A stretch of 64,000 nucleotides of DNA from Polyangiaceae bacterium. GTDB lineage: Bacteria > Myxococcota_A > Polyangia > Polyangiales > Polyangiaceae. This document shows positions 8,027-17,875 of this stretch, piece after piece. The translations under genes and the position numbers were made by a program. Below the pieces are notes generated by a model that was given only the letters and a program-made list of their open reading frames with translations, was not told the origin of the DNA and did not search any database. The stretch's first letter is position 1; every line of letters begins with the position of its first letter. The stretch spans positions 704,001 to 768,000 of the forward strand of contig CBDCTZ010000016.1 of the NCBI GenBank assembly GCA_965222375.1. Reading direction: 5' to 3'.

Positions 8027-9781
8027 TTAGAACTGAAAGTACACGAAGGGTACGGCTTCGGCGCTGGCCATGGTGCGGATGATCCAGGCGACGCAGAAGA
8101 GGGCGGCGGCCTGGGCGGGGGCGGGCATTTGGATGAACGAGGCTTGGGCCTTTTGGAACCAGCGCTCGGGGACGTAGTGGGAGACGAGGCCGACGGCGAG
8201 GGCGGTGACGACGGGCAGCGAGAGGTTAGGATGGTAGGTCGATAGCGAGCCGAGCTGGGAGAAGATGACCCAGGCGCCGCGGAAGGTTTCGGCGCGGAAG
8301 AAGATCCATGCGGCGCAGACGATGTGGAAGGTGAGCAACACCGACAGTACGTGCAGGATGGGGTTTGGCGGGTCCCGGCGTCGGCCGCGCTTTTCTTGGT
8401 AGAAACGAGTGACGCCCAGAGCCGCGCCGTGGATCCCGCCCCAGACGACGAAGGTCCAGGATGCGCCGTGCCAGAGGCCGCCGAGCAGCATGGTGAGCAT
8501 CAAGTTGATGTAGGTGCGAACCTCGCCTTTTCGGTTGCCACCGAGAGGGATGTACAGATAGTCGCGCAGCCAGGTCGACAGGGAGATGTGCCAGCGCCGC
8601 CAGAAGTCTTGGATGTCGGGTGCCTTGTAGGGCGAGTTGAAGTTCAGGGGGAAGCGCACGCCCAGTAGTAGGGCTGAGCCGATGGCGATGTCCGTGTAGC
8701 CGGAGAAGTCGCAGTAGATCTGCACGGCATAGCCGAGCACGGCGCAGTAGTTCTCGAGCGCGGAGTACTGGATGGGCGCGTCGAATACGCGATCCACGAG
8801 GTTGACGGCCAGGTAGTCGCCGATGGCGACCTTCTTGATCAAGCCCATGGCGATCAAGAACAGGCCTTCGCTGCCCTCTTTGGCGTTCCAGCGCGCGGGA
8901 CCTGCCAGCTGAGGCAAGAGGTCCCGGGGGCGGACGATGGGGCCAGCGACCAAGTGAGGAAAGAAGGCGACGAAAGAGAGGTACTCGAAGTAGCTTTTCT
9001 GAGGCTTGATGTCGCCGCGGTAGATGTCGATGACGTAGCTCATCGACTCGAAGGTGAAGAAGCTGATGCCGACGGGTAGCGCGACGTCGAGGGTTCTGCG
9101 TGGCACTTCGACGCCCATGGCTCCGAGGGCAGCGACGGCGCTGTCGACGCCGAAGTTGTAGTACTTGAAGACCGCGAGGATACCGAGGTTCACGATCACG
9201 GTGCCAATCAGCCAGGTCTTGCGCGAACGTGGCGTCTTCGCGTTGTGAATGGCGTTGCCTAGCAGCCAGTCGATCGTGGATGACCCGAAGATGAGCGGCA
9301 GGAAGCGGTAGTCCCAGTGGGCGTAGAAGACGTAGCTGGCGAATAGAATGAAGAGCAGCCGCACCTTCTTCGCGCGGACCAGAAGCAGGGTGAGCCCAAT
9401 CGCGAGCGCCGCTCCTGCTACATGCACCGGCGTGATGTTCGGTAGCGGTGCGCCCAAGGCGCGTAGCGCCGCCGACAACGGGTCCGAACCAAGTGAGCGC
9501 CATGTGAGGAAACCGAGCGCCAGATAGTTGATGACGACGCTGACGATCGCCACGCGCCAAGGCGGCGTTTCCTGGGCTTGGAGCTTGCGGCACAGCGCGA
9601 AAGACAGCGCGAAGGCCGATGCTGCGAGGCACACGCTGGAGACGGAGGGGGCGCCCAACACCGCGAAGCTCACGACGCCAAATGCGGGCAGTAGCGGTGC
9701 CCAGCGTCGGTTGACGAGGGTCCAGGCGACCACGAAGACGATCGCAAAGAACTGCGCGTACGCCAGGGTGTTGAAGAGCAC
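8027..9781 (-). CDS. MBOAT family O-acyltransferase (AlgI/DltB-like)
   Basis: LPVGISFFTF, FFPHLVAGPI, QIYCDFSGYTDIA, FWRRWHISLSTWLRDYLYIPLGG, GLWHGA, terminal FVYFQF. Confidence 0.92.
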   Translation of the reverse strand: MLFNTLAYAQFFAIVFVVAWTLVNRRWAPLLPAFGVVSFAVLGAPSVSSVCLAASAFALSFALCRKLQAQETPPWRVAIVSVVINYLALGFLTWRSLGSDPLSAALRALGAPLPNITPVHVAGAALAIGLTLLLVRAKKVRLLFILFASYVFYAHWDYRFLPLIFGSSTIDWLLGNAIHNAKTPRSRKTWLIGTVIVNLGILAVFKYYNFGVDSAVAALGAMGVEVPRRTLDVALPVGISFFTFESMSYVIDIYRGDIKPQKSYFEYLSFVAFFPHLVAGPIVRPRDLLPQLAGPARWNAKEGSEGLFLIAMGLIKKVAIGDYLAVNLVDRVFDAPIQYSALENYCAVLGYAVQIYCDFSGYTDIAIGSALLLGVRFPLNFNSPYKAPDIQDFWRRWHISLSTWLRDYLYIPLGGNRKGEVRTYINLMLTMLLGGLWHGASWTFVVWGGIHGAALGVTRFYQEKRGRRRDPPNPILHVLSVLLTFHIVCAAWIFFRAETFRGAWVIFSQLGSLSTYHPNLSLPVVTALAVGLVSHYVPERWFQKAQASFIQMPAPAQAAALFCVAWIIRTMASAEAVPFVYFQF

Positions 9782-9787
9782 GGCGGA

Positions 9788-11113
9788 TCAGCTTCGCTCG
9801 ACGCCGTATTTGGACATCAAGCGGTGAAAGAACTGTCGAGAGACGCCCGCGGCCTGGGCCGCTTGGGTGACGTTTCCGGCGCTGTCGGCGAGCTTCCGTT
9901 CGAGGTACTGAAGCTCGAAACGCTCGACGAGTTCCGCGCGCGCCTGCCCCAACGGCAAGGCGTACAGCGCAGAGCTGTCGTCACCGCCGGCGTGTCCGGT
10001 CTGCGCGATGGCCGCTTCCGGAGCCTCGGGATAGAGCACTAGGCGCGCCACGGTGTTGCGCAACTCGCGCACGTTGCCGGGCCAGTCGTGCGCCCGGAGC
10101 AGCGCCAATGTGTTGGGCGGCAGGTCCTGCAGGGTCAGCGGCGGGTTGCGCTCGCGCAGAAAGCGCTCGGTCAGCATGGGGATATCGTCCTTGCGTTCTC
10201 TGAGCGGTGGGACGGACGCTTCGACCACGGCAAGCCGGTAGTACAAGTCCTGTCGGAACTCGCCGCTCTGTACCCGCCCTAGGATGTCGCGATGGGTTGC
10301 GGCGATCACGCGAACGTCCACGCTGCGGGGGGCGTTTTCTCCGAGACGGCGTACCTCTCCGGATTCGAGGGCCCGCAGTAGCTTGGGTTGGAGCTCCGGG
10401 GGCAGCTCGCCAATCTCGTCGATGAACAGCGTGCCGCAGTGGGCTTGTTCGAATACGCCTTCTCGCGCCTGCACAGCCCCGGTGAACGCCCCGTGGGCAT
10501 GGCCGAAGATTTCCGCTTCCACGAGAGTGGGCGCCAGCGCGCTGCAGTCCAGGACGACGAAGGGTGCCTGCCGCCGCGGGCTGTGTTCGTGCAGCGCCCG
10601 CGCGAGGAGCTCCTTGCCGGTGCCCGATTCTCCGAGGAGTAGGACGGTCTCGGGGCTTTCCGCGGCGCGGGCCAGGCGCGCAAAGAGGGATCGCATCGCG
10701 ACGGAGCCACCGAGCGCTCCGCCGAACTGGGTGTCTGGAGTCAGGGCCAGGCTTTCGCCGCCACCGTGCACGACGAGATCGAGGCGGCAACGTCCGATGC
10801 TCAACACATGGCCTGGCTCGAGCAGGGCGCGCTCGACCCGCACGCCGTTCACGAAGGTGCCATTCTTGCTCCCGAGATCCGTCAGGACCACGCCGCTCTG
10901 GCCCATTGCGATGGAGCAATGACGGCGCGAGACTTCGCTGTCCACCAGCACGACATCCGAGTCGTCGCCGGCACCAATGATCAACGACTCGATCCCGAGC
11001 CGGTACTCCTGCGCGCTACCGTCGGGCTGCGTCACGATGAGTCCCACTGACGGAACATCCACGCGATCCCGATATAGGGTCGTGAGCGTGGGCGAACCGG
11101 TGTTTTCGGGCAT
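9788..11113 (-). CDS. FHA-domain sigma54-dependent enhancer-binding protein (Fis-type HTH)
   Basis: FHA (VSRRH..DLGSKNGT), GESGTGKE, GAFTGA, FIDEIGE, FRQDLYYRL, WPGNVREL, C-terminal HTH. Confidence 0.93.
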   Translation of the reverse strand: MPENTGSPTLTTLYRDRVDVPSVGLIVTQPDGSAQEYRLGIESLIIGAGDDSDVVLVDSEVSRRHCSIAMGQSGVVLTDLGSKNGTFVNGVRVERALLEPGHVLSIGRCRLDLVVHGGGESLALTPDTQFGGALGGSVAMRSLFARLARAAESPETVLLLGESGTGKELLARALHEHSPRRQAPFVVLDCSALAPTLVEAEIFGHAHGAFTGAVQAREGVFEQAHCGTLFIDEIGELPPELQPKLLRALESGEVRRLGENAPRSVDVRVIAATHRDILGRVQSGEFRQDLYYRLAVVEASVPPLRERKDDIPMLTERFLRERNPPLTLQDLPPNTLALLRAHDWPGNVRELRNTVARLVLYPEAPEAAIAQTGHAGGDDSSALYALPLGQARAELVERFELQYLERKLADSAGNVTQAAQAAGVSRQFFHRLMSKYGVERS

Positions 11114-11206
11114 GACCGCCGCCTTTTTTCGCTACACCCCGCGGCCTGTCAAGCCGAAGGGTATGGGCCACCGCGCCGTTTTTTCCTTTTCGGCTAAGAT
11201 GTTGGC

Positions 11207-12052
11207 GTGTGGCGCGCCCTTCTCTTTCTGCCGCTCCTGTCTGCTTGCTCGCTAGAGGAGCTGACCGAGGGCAGCCCCGATGCCGGCGCCAGCGGCGGTA
11301 GTGCTGGCGCCGGCGGCCAAGATGCGGCGGTGGACGTAGCCACCGGGGGCGTTTCAGGAACCGCGGGGACGGATGCAGGCGTGGATGCAGGCAGTGAGTG
11401 CGGTGGCCGCGGCGACGGATACTGCGCCACTCTGAGCAACGTGGAGCTGTGCGCTGACTTCGATCAAGGCAAGACCTTGCCGGATCCTTTTTCAAGCCTC
11501 CAGGGCGGCGGCGATGTCAGCGTGCAGGCCGCATCTGGCTGCAATGGCAGCGGTGCGGCTTTCATGTCGCTTCCCAGTTCGCCACCTGGGTGCAGCTACG
11601 CCAATCTGGTTCAGGACTCGACCGGTACTTTCAAGCGGATGAGCCTTTCCGCGGATGTTCTACTGGGAGACCCTGGAACAGGTGCCAACTACTCGGGCAA
11701 TCGAGTGCTGAGCCTTCAGACCCAGGCGGCGAATGGTACCGAGTGTAGGCACTTCCTATTTGTTGAGCCGAGTCAGACTCGACTGCACACGCAGCGACAT
11801 CAGGTGTTCGACGACTTCGTCGACGTGCTGCCGGGCGTGCCTCTCGGTAAGTGGACCAGGGTTGAATTGGTGGTTGAGGAGTCTGGGTCCAAGGCGCTCG
11901 TTTCGGTACTGGTGGATGGAGTGCAAGCATTGGCGCCCACTTTGATCGACAAGTGCGGTGCGGGAACCGATCTGAATGCGAGGGTGGGGATCTTCTGCGA
12001 ATCTGACGGCATGAGCATGCTGGCGGACAACGTCGTCCTCGATACGGAATGA
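11207..12052 (+). CDS. Hypothetical lipoprotein
   Basis: LLSAC lipobox, Gly-rich linker, LCADFD motif, beta-rich C-terminal domain; ATGA overlap with the kinase gene. Confidence 0.75.
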   Translation: MWRALLFLPLLSACSLEELTEGSPDAGASGGSAGAGGQDAAVDVATGGVSGTAGTDAGVDAGSECGGRGDGYCATLSNVELCADFDQGKTLPDPFSSLQGGGDVSVQAASGCNGSGAAFMSLPSSPPGCSYANLVQDSTGTFKRMSLSADVLLGDPGTGANYSGNRVLSLQTQAANGTECRHFLFVEPSQTRLHTQRHQVFDDFVDVLPGVPLGKWTRVELVVEESGSKALVSVLVDGVQALAPTLIDKCGAGTDLNARVGIFCESDGMSMLADNVVLDTE

Positions 12053-13581
12053 CCGGGCCCGAGAGCGTCGGGACCAAGTTGGGTCGCTACCTGCTGTTCG
12101 ACGAACTGGCGTCGGGAGGCATGGCGGTGATTCATCTTGGAGTGCTCTCGGGTGCCGTGGGGTTCGCGCGCACGGTGGCTATCAAGCGACTGCATCCCCA
12201 CTTCGCGCGCCACCCGGGGTTCGTCGCGATGTTTGTGGATGAAGCTAAATTGGCGTCGCGGATTCGACATCCGAACGTCGTCGCGCCATCGGATGTGGTG
12301 GCTTCGGATGGCGAGCTGTTCTTGGTCATGGACTACGTCTTGGGAGAATCCCTGGGCGGGCTGCTCCAGGCTGCGCGCAACGGTGGAACTCGCGTGCCGC
12401 CCTCAGTGGCCGTACGCATCGCTGCGGACGTGCTGTTCGGACTGCATGCGGCTCACGAAGCCACGGACGAGCATGACGCGCCGCTGCACATCATTCATCG
12501 CGACGTGTCTCCTGAAAACATCTTGGTCGGCGCGGATGGTGTGGCGCGGGTGCTCGACTTTGGAATCGCCAAGGCGACGGTGCGGCTGCAGAGCACGCGC
12601 GAGGGACAGCTCAAGGGCAAGCTCCGCTACATGCCGCCGGAGCAGCTGCAGGATCGCGAGCTGTCTCCCAGGGGGGACGTGTATTCGGCGTCGGTCGTGT
12701 TGTGGGAGACCCTCACCGGGCGTCGCTTGCACACCGCCAGGAGCGAAGCGGGCATCGTGAACAAGATCTTGAGCGAGAGTGTGCCCGCGCCGAGTCGACT
12801 GCTATCCGACGTGCCGGAGCACCTCGACGCGGTCGTGCTTCGCGGCTTGTCCAAGGAACCGAGCGAGCGCTTTGCGTCGGCGCGCGAGATGGCGATTGCC
12901 TTGGAGCGTGCCTTGGCGCCGGCGCCGGCTCGCGAGGTGGCGGATTGGGTGCACCGTCTGATGGGCGCGGAGCTCGAGCGCCGCGCGGAGCGAGTCCGGG
13001 TCATCGAGCGCAGTTCCACCGGGAGCGTGCCGGGTCTGGCCGCCGCGCGACCCGCTTCTGAGCCCCCGGCACCCAGCGAGCCCTTGCCGGCACCGGTTTC
13101 CGTCCGACCTGGGCCCCTTCCGCTGCGAGGGCGCACGGCCGAGACCCGCACTCAGACCTTGGCCGCAGAGGTGGCCCAGTTGGCTAAACGTGGGGAGCCG
13201 GTGCCGACACCAGTGCCACCGCTCCAGCCCACGCAGCACCGCAAGGCCGTTATCGGCTTCACGGCCGCCGTGGTGGTGGTCGTGCTGCTGCTTCTGCTGA
13301 TCCGACTGCAATTGAGTGGCGCAGACGACGTCAGTGTCGAAGCTGTGGCCGGCAAAGCAGCAAGCGCCGAGCCGTTGACGACGGCTGTCCTCGTTCCCAC
13401 GCCGCAGCCCACTCTCGCCGATCCTCCGGCGCCAAGCGCAGCACCGAGTGCAGTCGCGCCCAAACCGAAGGCGCAGCCCGCACGTCGAACGAAACCCGTG
13501 CGCAAGAAGCCAACCAATTGCAATCCGCCGTGGGTCGAGGACGAGCGCGGGTTCCGCACGGTCAAACGCGAGTGCTTGTGA
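12049..13581 (+). CDS. Membrane Ser/Thr protein kinase
   Basis: GGMA loop, VAIK, HRDVSPEN, DFG, YMPPE; TM helix; C-terminal CNPPW..K.EC motif. Confidence 0.93.
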   Translation: MTGPESVGTKLGRYLLFDELASGGMAVIHLGVLSGAVGFARTVAIKRLHPHFARHPGFVAMFVDEAKLASRIRHPNVVAPSDVVASDGELFLVMDYVLGESLGGLLQAARNGGTRVPPSVAVRIAADVLFGLHAAHEATDEHDAPLHIIHRDVSPENILVGADGVARVLDFGIAKATVRLQSTREGQLKGKLRYMPPEQLQDRELSPRGDVYSASVVLWETLTGRRLHTARSEAGIVNKILSESVPAPSRLLSDVPEHLDAVVLRGLSKEPSERFASAREMAIALERALAPAPAREVADWVHRLMGAELERRAERVRVIERSSTGSVPGLAAARPASEPPAPSEPLPAPVSVRPGPLPLRGRTAETRTQTLAAEVAQLAKRGEPVPTPVPPLQPTQHRKAVIGFTAAVVVVVLLLLLIRLQLSGADDVSVEAVAGKAASAEPLTTAVLVPTPQPTLADPPAPSAAPSAVAPKPKAQPARRTKPVRKKPTNCNPPWVEDERGFRTVKRECL

Positions 13582-13599
13582 CGCTAGGTTTCGCCTGGC

Positions 13600-14445
13600 A
13601 TGCTGCGCGCGATGATGCGTGCTGCCCCCGCCCTGCTTGCAGCGTGTGCGGTGCTGGCGCTCGCGCCTCACGCGGCCGCTAGCGACAAGGGGTTGTGCGC
13701 GGATGCCTACGAAGAGGCACAGCGTCAGCGATCTGCGGGCAAGTTGCTGCTCTCCCGGGCGCAGCTGCTCACCTGCCAGAGCATTTGCCCTGAAGCGCTG
13801 GTGGCCGACTGCAACCGTTGGCGTGCCGAAGTCAGCGCGCTGATCCCGAGACTTCGCGTCAGCGCCGTCGACGCGACAGGACGCGCAACGACCGCCGTTC
13901 GAGTCAGCGAGCAGGGGCGCTTGCTCGCAAGTCGGATCGATGAGCCCATCGAGCTCGATCCCGGCGACCACGAGCTGACCTTCGAACTAGCCGGTGAAAA
14001 AACCGTGCATCGCAGCGTGTCGGTGCCACCTGGGCGCAACGTGCATTCCGTCGCGATCTCCTTTGTTTCGGAAGAGTCGCCCGCGGCGCCACCGCAGCAA
14101 GACCGTCCTGCGAGACCCGAACCGAAATCCGAGCCTGGCGTACCGGGTCCTGCCATTGTCCTGGGCGCCGTGGGGCTCGCGGGCCTCGCTGCGGGCGGGA
14201 TTCTCGGCGTGCTCGGACATACCAAACGCGCGGATCTCGTGGATACGTGCAAACCCGATTGCCGCGAAGACGAAGTGGACGAGATCCGCACCCTGTGGGT
14301 CGTGGGTGGCGTATCCGCCGCGGTAGGCGCAGCGGCACTGGGTGGCGCCCTCGTGATTTGGCAGAGCGGCGGCGCGGGTGAGGTTTCGGTTCGAGCGCAG
14401 CCTGGTGCTCGCGCGCAGATGCTGAATCTGAGCGGCCGCTTTTGA
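13600..14445 (+). CDS. Secreted/membrane PEGA-like accessory protein
   Basis: Signal peptide, C..AYEEAQ helical region, LDPGDHELTF PEGA-like motif, two TM segments. Confidence 0.7.
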   Translation: MLRAMMRAAPALLAACAVLALAPHAAASDKGLCADAYEEAQRQRSAGKLLLSRAQLLTCQSICPEALVADCNRWRAEVSALIPRLRVSAVDATGRATTAVRVSEQGRLLASRIDEPIELDPGDHELTFELAGEKTVHRSVSVPPGRNVHSVAISFVSEESPAAPPQQDRPARPEPKSEPGVPGPAIVLGAVGLAGLAAGGILGVLGHTKRADLVDTCKPDCREDEVDEIRTLWVVGGVSAAVGAAALGGALVIWQSGGAGEVSVRAQPGARAQMLNLSGRF

Positions 14446-14476
14446 CGCCCCGGACGACCCTTTCCGCAACTCGAAA

Positions 14477-14695
14477 TCAGAGTTGCGCCTGCAACACTGA
14501 AACGGAGGAGCCGGGCGAATTTCAGAGTTGCGCCTGCAACACTGAAAGCGCGAGGGTGGGAGGGCCCGAAATCAGAGTTGCGGCTGCAACACTGAAACGG
14601 AGGAGGAGCCGGGCGAATCCAGAGTTGCCGACGCAACACTGCAGCGGGGAGGCCAGAGGGTCCCAAATTCCAGAGTTGCGCGCGCAACACTGGAA
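14477..14695. repeat. Array of five imperfect palindromes (REP/BIME-like)
   Basis: CAGAGTTGC-N4-GCAACACTG with CAG at 14478, 14523, 14573, 14620 and 14671; period 45-51 bp. Confidence 0.9.
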
Positions 14696-14810
14696 CCTGT
14701 CCACCGCGAGGCGACACAGTGTCCACTGCTGGTTGACGCATCAGTGTGGTCCCGCGTGATATCCGTCAAATCCCGCGACGAAACAGGATGGACCAGACGT
14801 TGCACACACT

Positions 14811-16490
14811 GTGCGCATGCGTCGCACGCTTCTCACATTCACGTCCCTATTCGCCATCGCCGCCGCGGCGTGCACCGGCCTGATCGAAGACCCGGGTGCA
14901 ACCAGTGGTCCCGGCTCCGGTTCCCCGACGAACCCCGGCAGCGGCGGGACCACCAGCGTTGTCAACACCGCGTACCCAGCGAGCGGCATTCGCCAGCTGA
15001 CGCGCAGCCAGTACGACAACACTATCAACGACCTTCTCGGCGAAGTCAGCACCAGCCAGACCCTGCCCGATGACCCAAAAAGCAATGAAGAGTTCGAGCT
15101 GCTCAGCGTTTCGGTCACCGAGACCCACCACACGGCACTGGCCATCACTCGCTATGACGCCGCAGCTCGTGACCTGGCGGCGCAGGTCTTCGCGGATACG
15201 ACTCGCCGAGAGAGCGTGGTTGGCTGCGCTCCTGCTGACGCGAAGGACCCTTGCGTGGGCGAATTCATCGAGCGTTTCGGGCGTCGTGCCTTTCGCCGCC
15301 CGCTCAGCGCCGACGAGCGCACGCGCTATCGGAACCTCGTCACCCTCGGGGAGCAGCAAATGGGAAGCCCTTGGGACGGCCTCGAAGCCGCTACGGCAGC
15401 GTTTCTATCGTCACCGTTCTTCCTGTATCGAGACGAAACTGGCGCGCCGGATCCGAAAGACTCCAAGCGCTACTTGCTCGATGATTATGCGTTGGCGACG
15501 CGGTTGTCTTTCCTACTTTGGAACACGACGCCGGACGATGAACTGCTTGCAGCGGCCGAAGCGGGGGAGCTTTCCACGGCTGCGGGCCTCGAAAAGCAGG
15601 CGGACCGCTTGCTGGCGTCCCCCCGCGCCGATGAAGCGCTGGTGGACTTTGCCGAGGAGTGGTTCGGCTTCGATGAGCTCGATGTCGTGAGCAAAGACAA
15701 CTACGTGTTTCCGAACTTCAACTCGGAAGTTGCCAGCGCCATGCGCGGCGAAGCGCGCTTCCTGCTGGGCAAGTACCTCGAGCCGGGGCAAGACTTCCTG
15801 CAGATCTTGACGACCCAAGACGGCTACGTCGAAGCACAGCTCGCGGGCGTCTACGGTTTTGACGGTGTGACCGGCTCGATGCCCGTCGCCATCACGTTCC
15901 CCTCGGACTGGGCGCGGGGCGGCTTGTTGACCACGGGCGCGTTCCTCGCGTCCCAAGCACGCGCCACTCGGACGAGCCCAACGGTGCGCGGTCTGTTCGT
16001 GGCTGAGCGCCTGCTATGTCGGCACATCTCGCCGCCACCTCCGGGCGTGGAGGTGAACCCCCCAGTTGGCACGGGCAACGATGCCGTGACGATGCGCGAA
16101 TGGCTGACCAAGCAGCACGCTAACAAGGAATGCGCGGGCTGCCACGACCAAATGGACCCCCTAGGCCTCGCTTTCGAGCACTTCGACGGCATTGGTCAGT
16201 ATCGCGCTGACGATCAAAGCCTGCCCCTGGACGTCACGGGCACTCTCGATGGCGAGAGCTTCGATGGGGCGCGGGGTCTCGCAGAGGTGCTGCAAGACCA
16301 CCCGGAGACGACCCAGTGCGTGGTTCGCCAGTTCTATCGCCAAGCCCTCGGGCATCACGAATCCGAAGACGAGAAATGGCTCATCGACGAGCTGACCCAG
16401 GGCTTCGTGAGCGACAAGCGGGACTTTCGCAGTCTGGTTCGACGGATCGTTACCAGCGACGCTTTCCGCTTCTCAGGAGGAAATCGCTAA
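14811..16490 (+). CDS. DUF1592/DUF1588/DUF1585-type domain lipoprotein
   Basis: RQLTRSQYDNTINDL, FGRRAFRRPL, SPFFLYR, LATRLSFLLW..PD, TSPTVRG, CAGCH, DPLGLAFEHFD. Confidence 0.88.
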   Translation: MRMRRTLLTFTSLFAIAAAACTGLIEDPGATSGPGSGSPTNPGSGGTTSVVNTAYPASGIRQLTRSQYDNTINDLLGEVSTSQTLPDDPKSNEEFELLSVSVTETHHTALAITRYDAAARDLAAQVFADTTRRESVVGCAPADAKDPCVGEFIERFGRRAFRRPLSADERTRYRNLVTLGEQQMGSPWDGLEAATAAFLSSPFFLYRDETGAPDPKDSKRYLLDDYALATRLSFLLWNTTPDDELLAAAEAGELSTAAGLEKQADRLLASPRADEALVDFAEEWFGFDELDVVSKDNYVFPNFNSEVASAMRGEARFLLGKYLEPGQDFLQILTTQDGYVEAQLAGVYGFDGVTGSMPVAITFPSDWARGGLLTTGAFLASQARATRTSPTVRGLFVAERLLCRHISPPPPGVEVNPPVGTGNDAVTMREWLTKQHANKECAGCHDQMDPLGLAFEHFDGIGQYRADDQSLPLDVTGTLDGESFDGARGLAEVLQDHPETTQCVVRQFYRQALGHHESEDEKWLIDELTQGFVSDKRDFRSLVRRIVTSDAFRFSGGNR

Positions 16491-17875
16491 TGGCCACCAG
16501 CAAACACTCCATCAGCCGCCGAGCCATGCTTCGCGGGATCTTGGGAGGCAGCGCCGTGGCGCTGGCCTTGCCACCCCTGGAAGCCATGTTCAACGCGAAC
16601 GGCGAGGCGTTGGCCAGCGGCGCGCCCATTCCGAAGCGACTGGGGCTCTGGTTCTGGGGCAACGGTGTTCGCCGCAACCACTGGACTCCAGATGGCGAGG
16701 GCACGGTCTGGACGCCCAAGGCGGAAACCGCACCCCTGGCGGCCCTCAACGACAGTGGAAAGAAATGTGTTTCGATCATCGGCGGCTTCGACTGTCCCAT
16801 CGATGGCAGTGCGCACCACAAGGGCCGAGGCCAAGTGCTCACCGGGACCTACGACGCCAACAAGGGCACTTACGGCAACCCCACTGGGCCGAGTATCGAT
16901 CAGATCGCCGCCGAGCACTTTTGGGCGGACGAAGCGACCCGGCCGTTGCACAAGTTCTTGGCAGTTGGGATCTCGCGCCGCGGCAAGGCCAACTCGACTT
17001 CCAATGGCGGCACGTCCCGGGACAGTTCCGGCTCGGGCATCGCGGCGGAGTTTTCACCCAAGGAGCTCTTCAATCGCCTGTTCAGTACCGCTGTCGCGGG
17101 GGATCCTCAGGCGGCGTCTCGCCTCGAATTGCGCAAGAGCATTCTGGACGTCGTGAGCCAGGACACCGAGGCGTTCAGAAAGCGCTTGGGCAAGTACGAC
17201 CAAGGCCGCCTCGACGCGCATCTGTCTTCCATCCGCGAACTAGAGCTCACCCTGGACGGCAGCGTCGCTCAAACCTGTTCGGTGCCGTCCAAGCCCGGCG
17301 ACTTCGGCAAGGACCTGAACCACGAGCCCCTGAAGGAAATCAACGCGGCGATGGCCAAGGTGTTAGCCATGGGCATTGCCTGCGATCTGACTCGCGCCTT
17401 CTCATATCAGTTCACGCAAATGCAGGCCGACACCCTGTTCTGGATGGACCCCATCAACGCCACCGAAGGCGGCCACGTGATGACCCACGATGACCGACCC
17501 GTCCCCAAAAACCAGAAGAAAGATCCGCAGCCCGAGAAGACCCACAAATCCGTGGTCTACCAGATGGAGTGCTTCGCGACTCTGCTTCAAGAGCTGAAGA
17601 ACATTCCTGAAGGCGCCAGCAACGTGCTCGACAACTGCCTGATCTACGGAACCTCCGAAGTCGCCGAAGGCACCAGCCATTCGACCAAGGACATGCCCAT
17701 CGTGTTGGCCGGCACCGCGGGCGGCGTGGTCAAGTCGGGCCTGCACTACCGCGCCGGCGGCCAGAACATCGCGAAGCTACTGCTCACCTGCGTGCGCGCC
17801 GTCGGCGTCAACAAGAGCAGCCTCGGCTCGGGCCAAACGCAGACTACGGAAAGCGTCAAGGACCTGCTGGTGTGA
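16490..17875 (+). CDS. DUF1552 domain protein (Tat-like signal)
   Basis: ISRRAMLRG..ALPPLEAM, GPSIDQ, RKSILD, RLDAHLSSIRELE, ACDLTR, VLDN; start overlaps the upstream stop (TAATG). Confidence 0.88.
   Translation: MATSKHSISRRAMLRGILGGSAVALALPPLEAMFNANGEALASGAPIPKRLGLWFWGNGVRRNHWTPDGEGTVWTPKAETAPLAALNDSGKKCVSIIGGFDCPIDGSAHHKGRGQVLTGTYDANKGTYGNPTGPSIDQIAAEHFWADEATRPLHKFLAVGISRRGKANSTSNGGTSRDSSGSGIAAEFSPKELFNRLFSTAVAGDPQAASRLELRKSILDVVSQDTEAFRKRLGKYDQGRLDAHLSSIRELELTLDGSVAQTCSVPSKPGDFGKDLNHEPLKEINAAMAKVLAMGIACDLTRAFSYQFTQMQADTLFWMDPINATEGGHVMTHDDRPVPKNQKKDPQPEKTHKSVVYQMECFATLLQELKNIPEGASNVLDNCLIYGTSEVAEGTSHSTKDMPIVLAGTAGGVVKSGLHYRAGGQNIAKLLLTCVRAVGVNKSSLGSGQTQTTESVKDLLV

Noticed and set aside
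8226..9632. Long alternative-frame ORFs (e.g. 468 aa here; also 12802..13971 and 62566..63636)
   Set aside because: Arg/Pro/Ala-rich shadows of real genes, expected at high GC
14477..14695. CRISPR array
   Set aside because: Spacers are short and mutually related, repeats vary in the loop, and no cas genes are in the window; reported as REP-like instead
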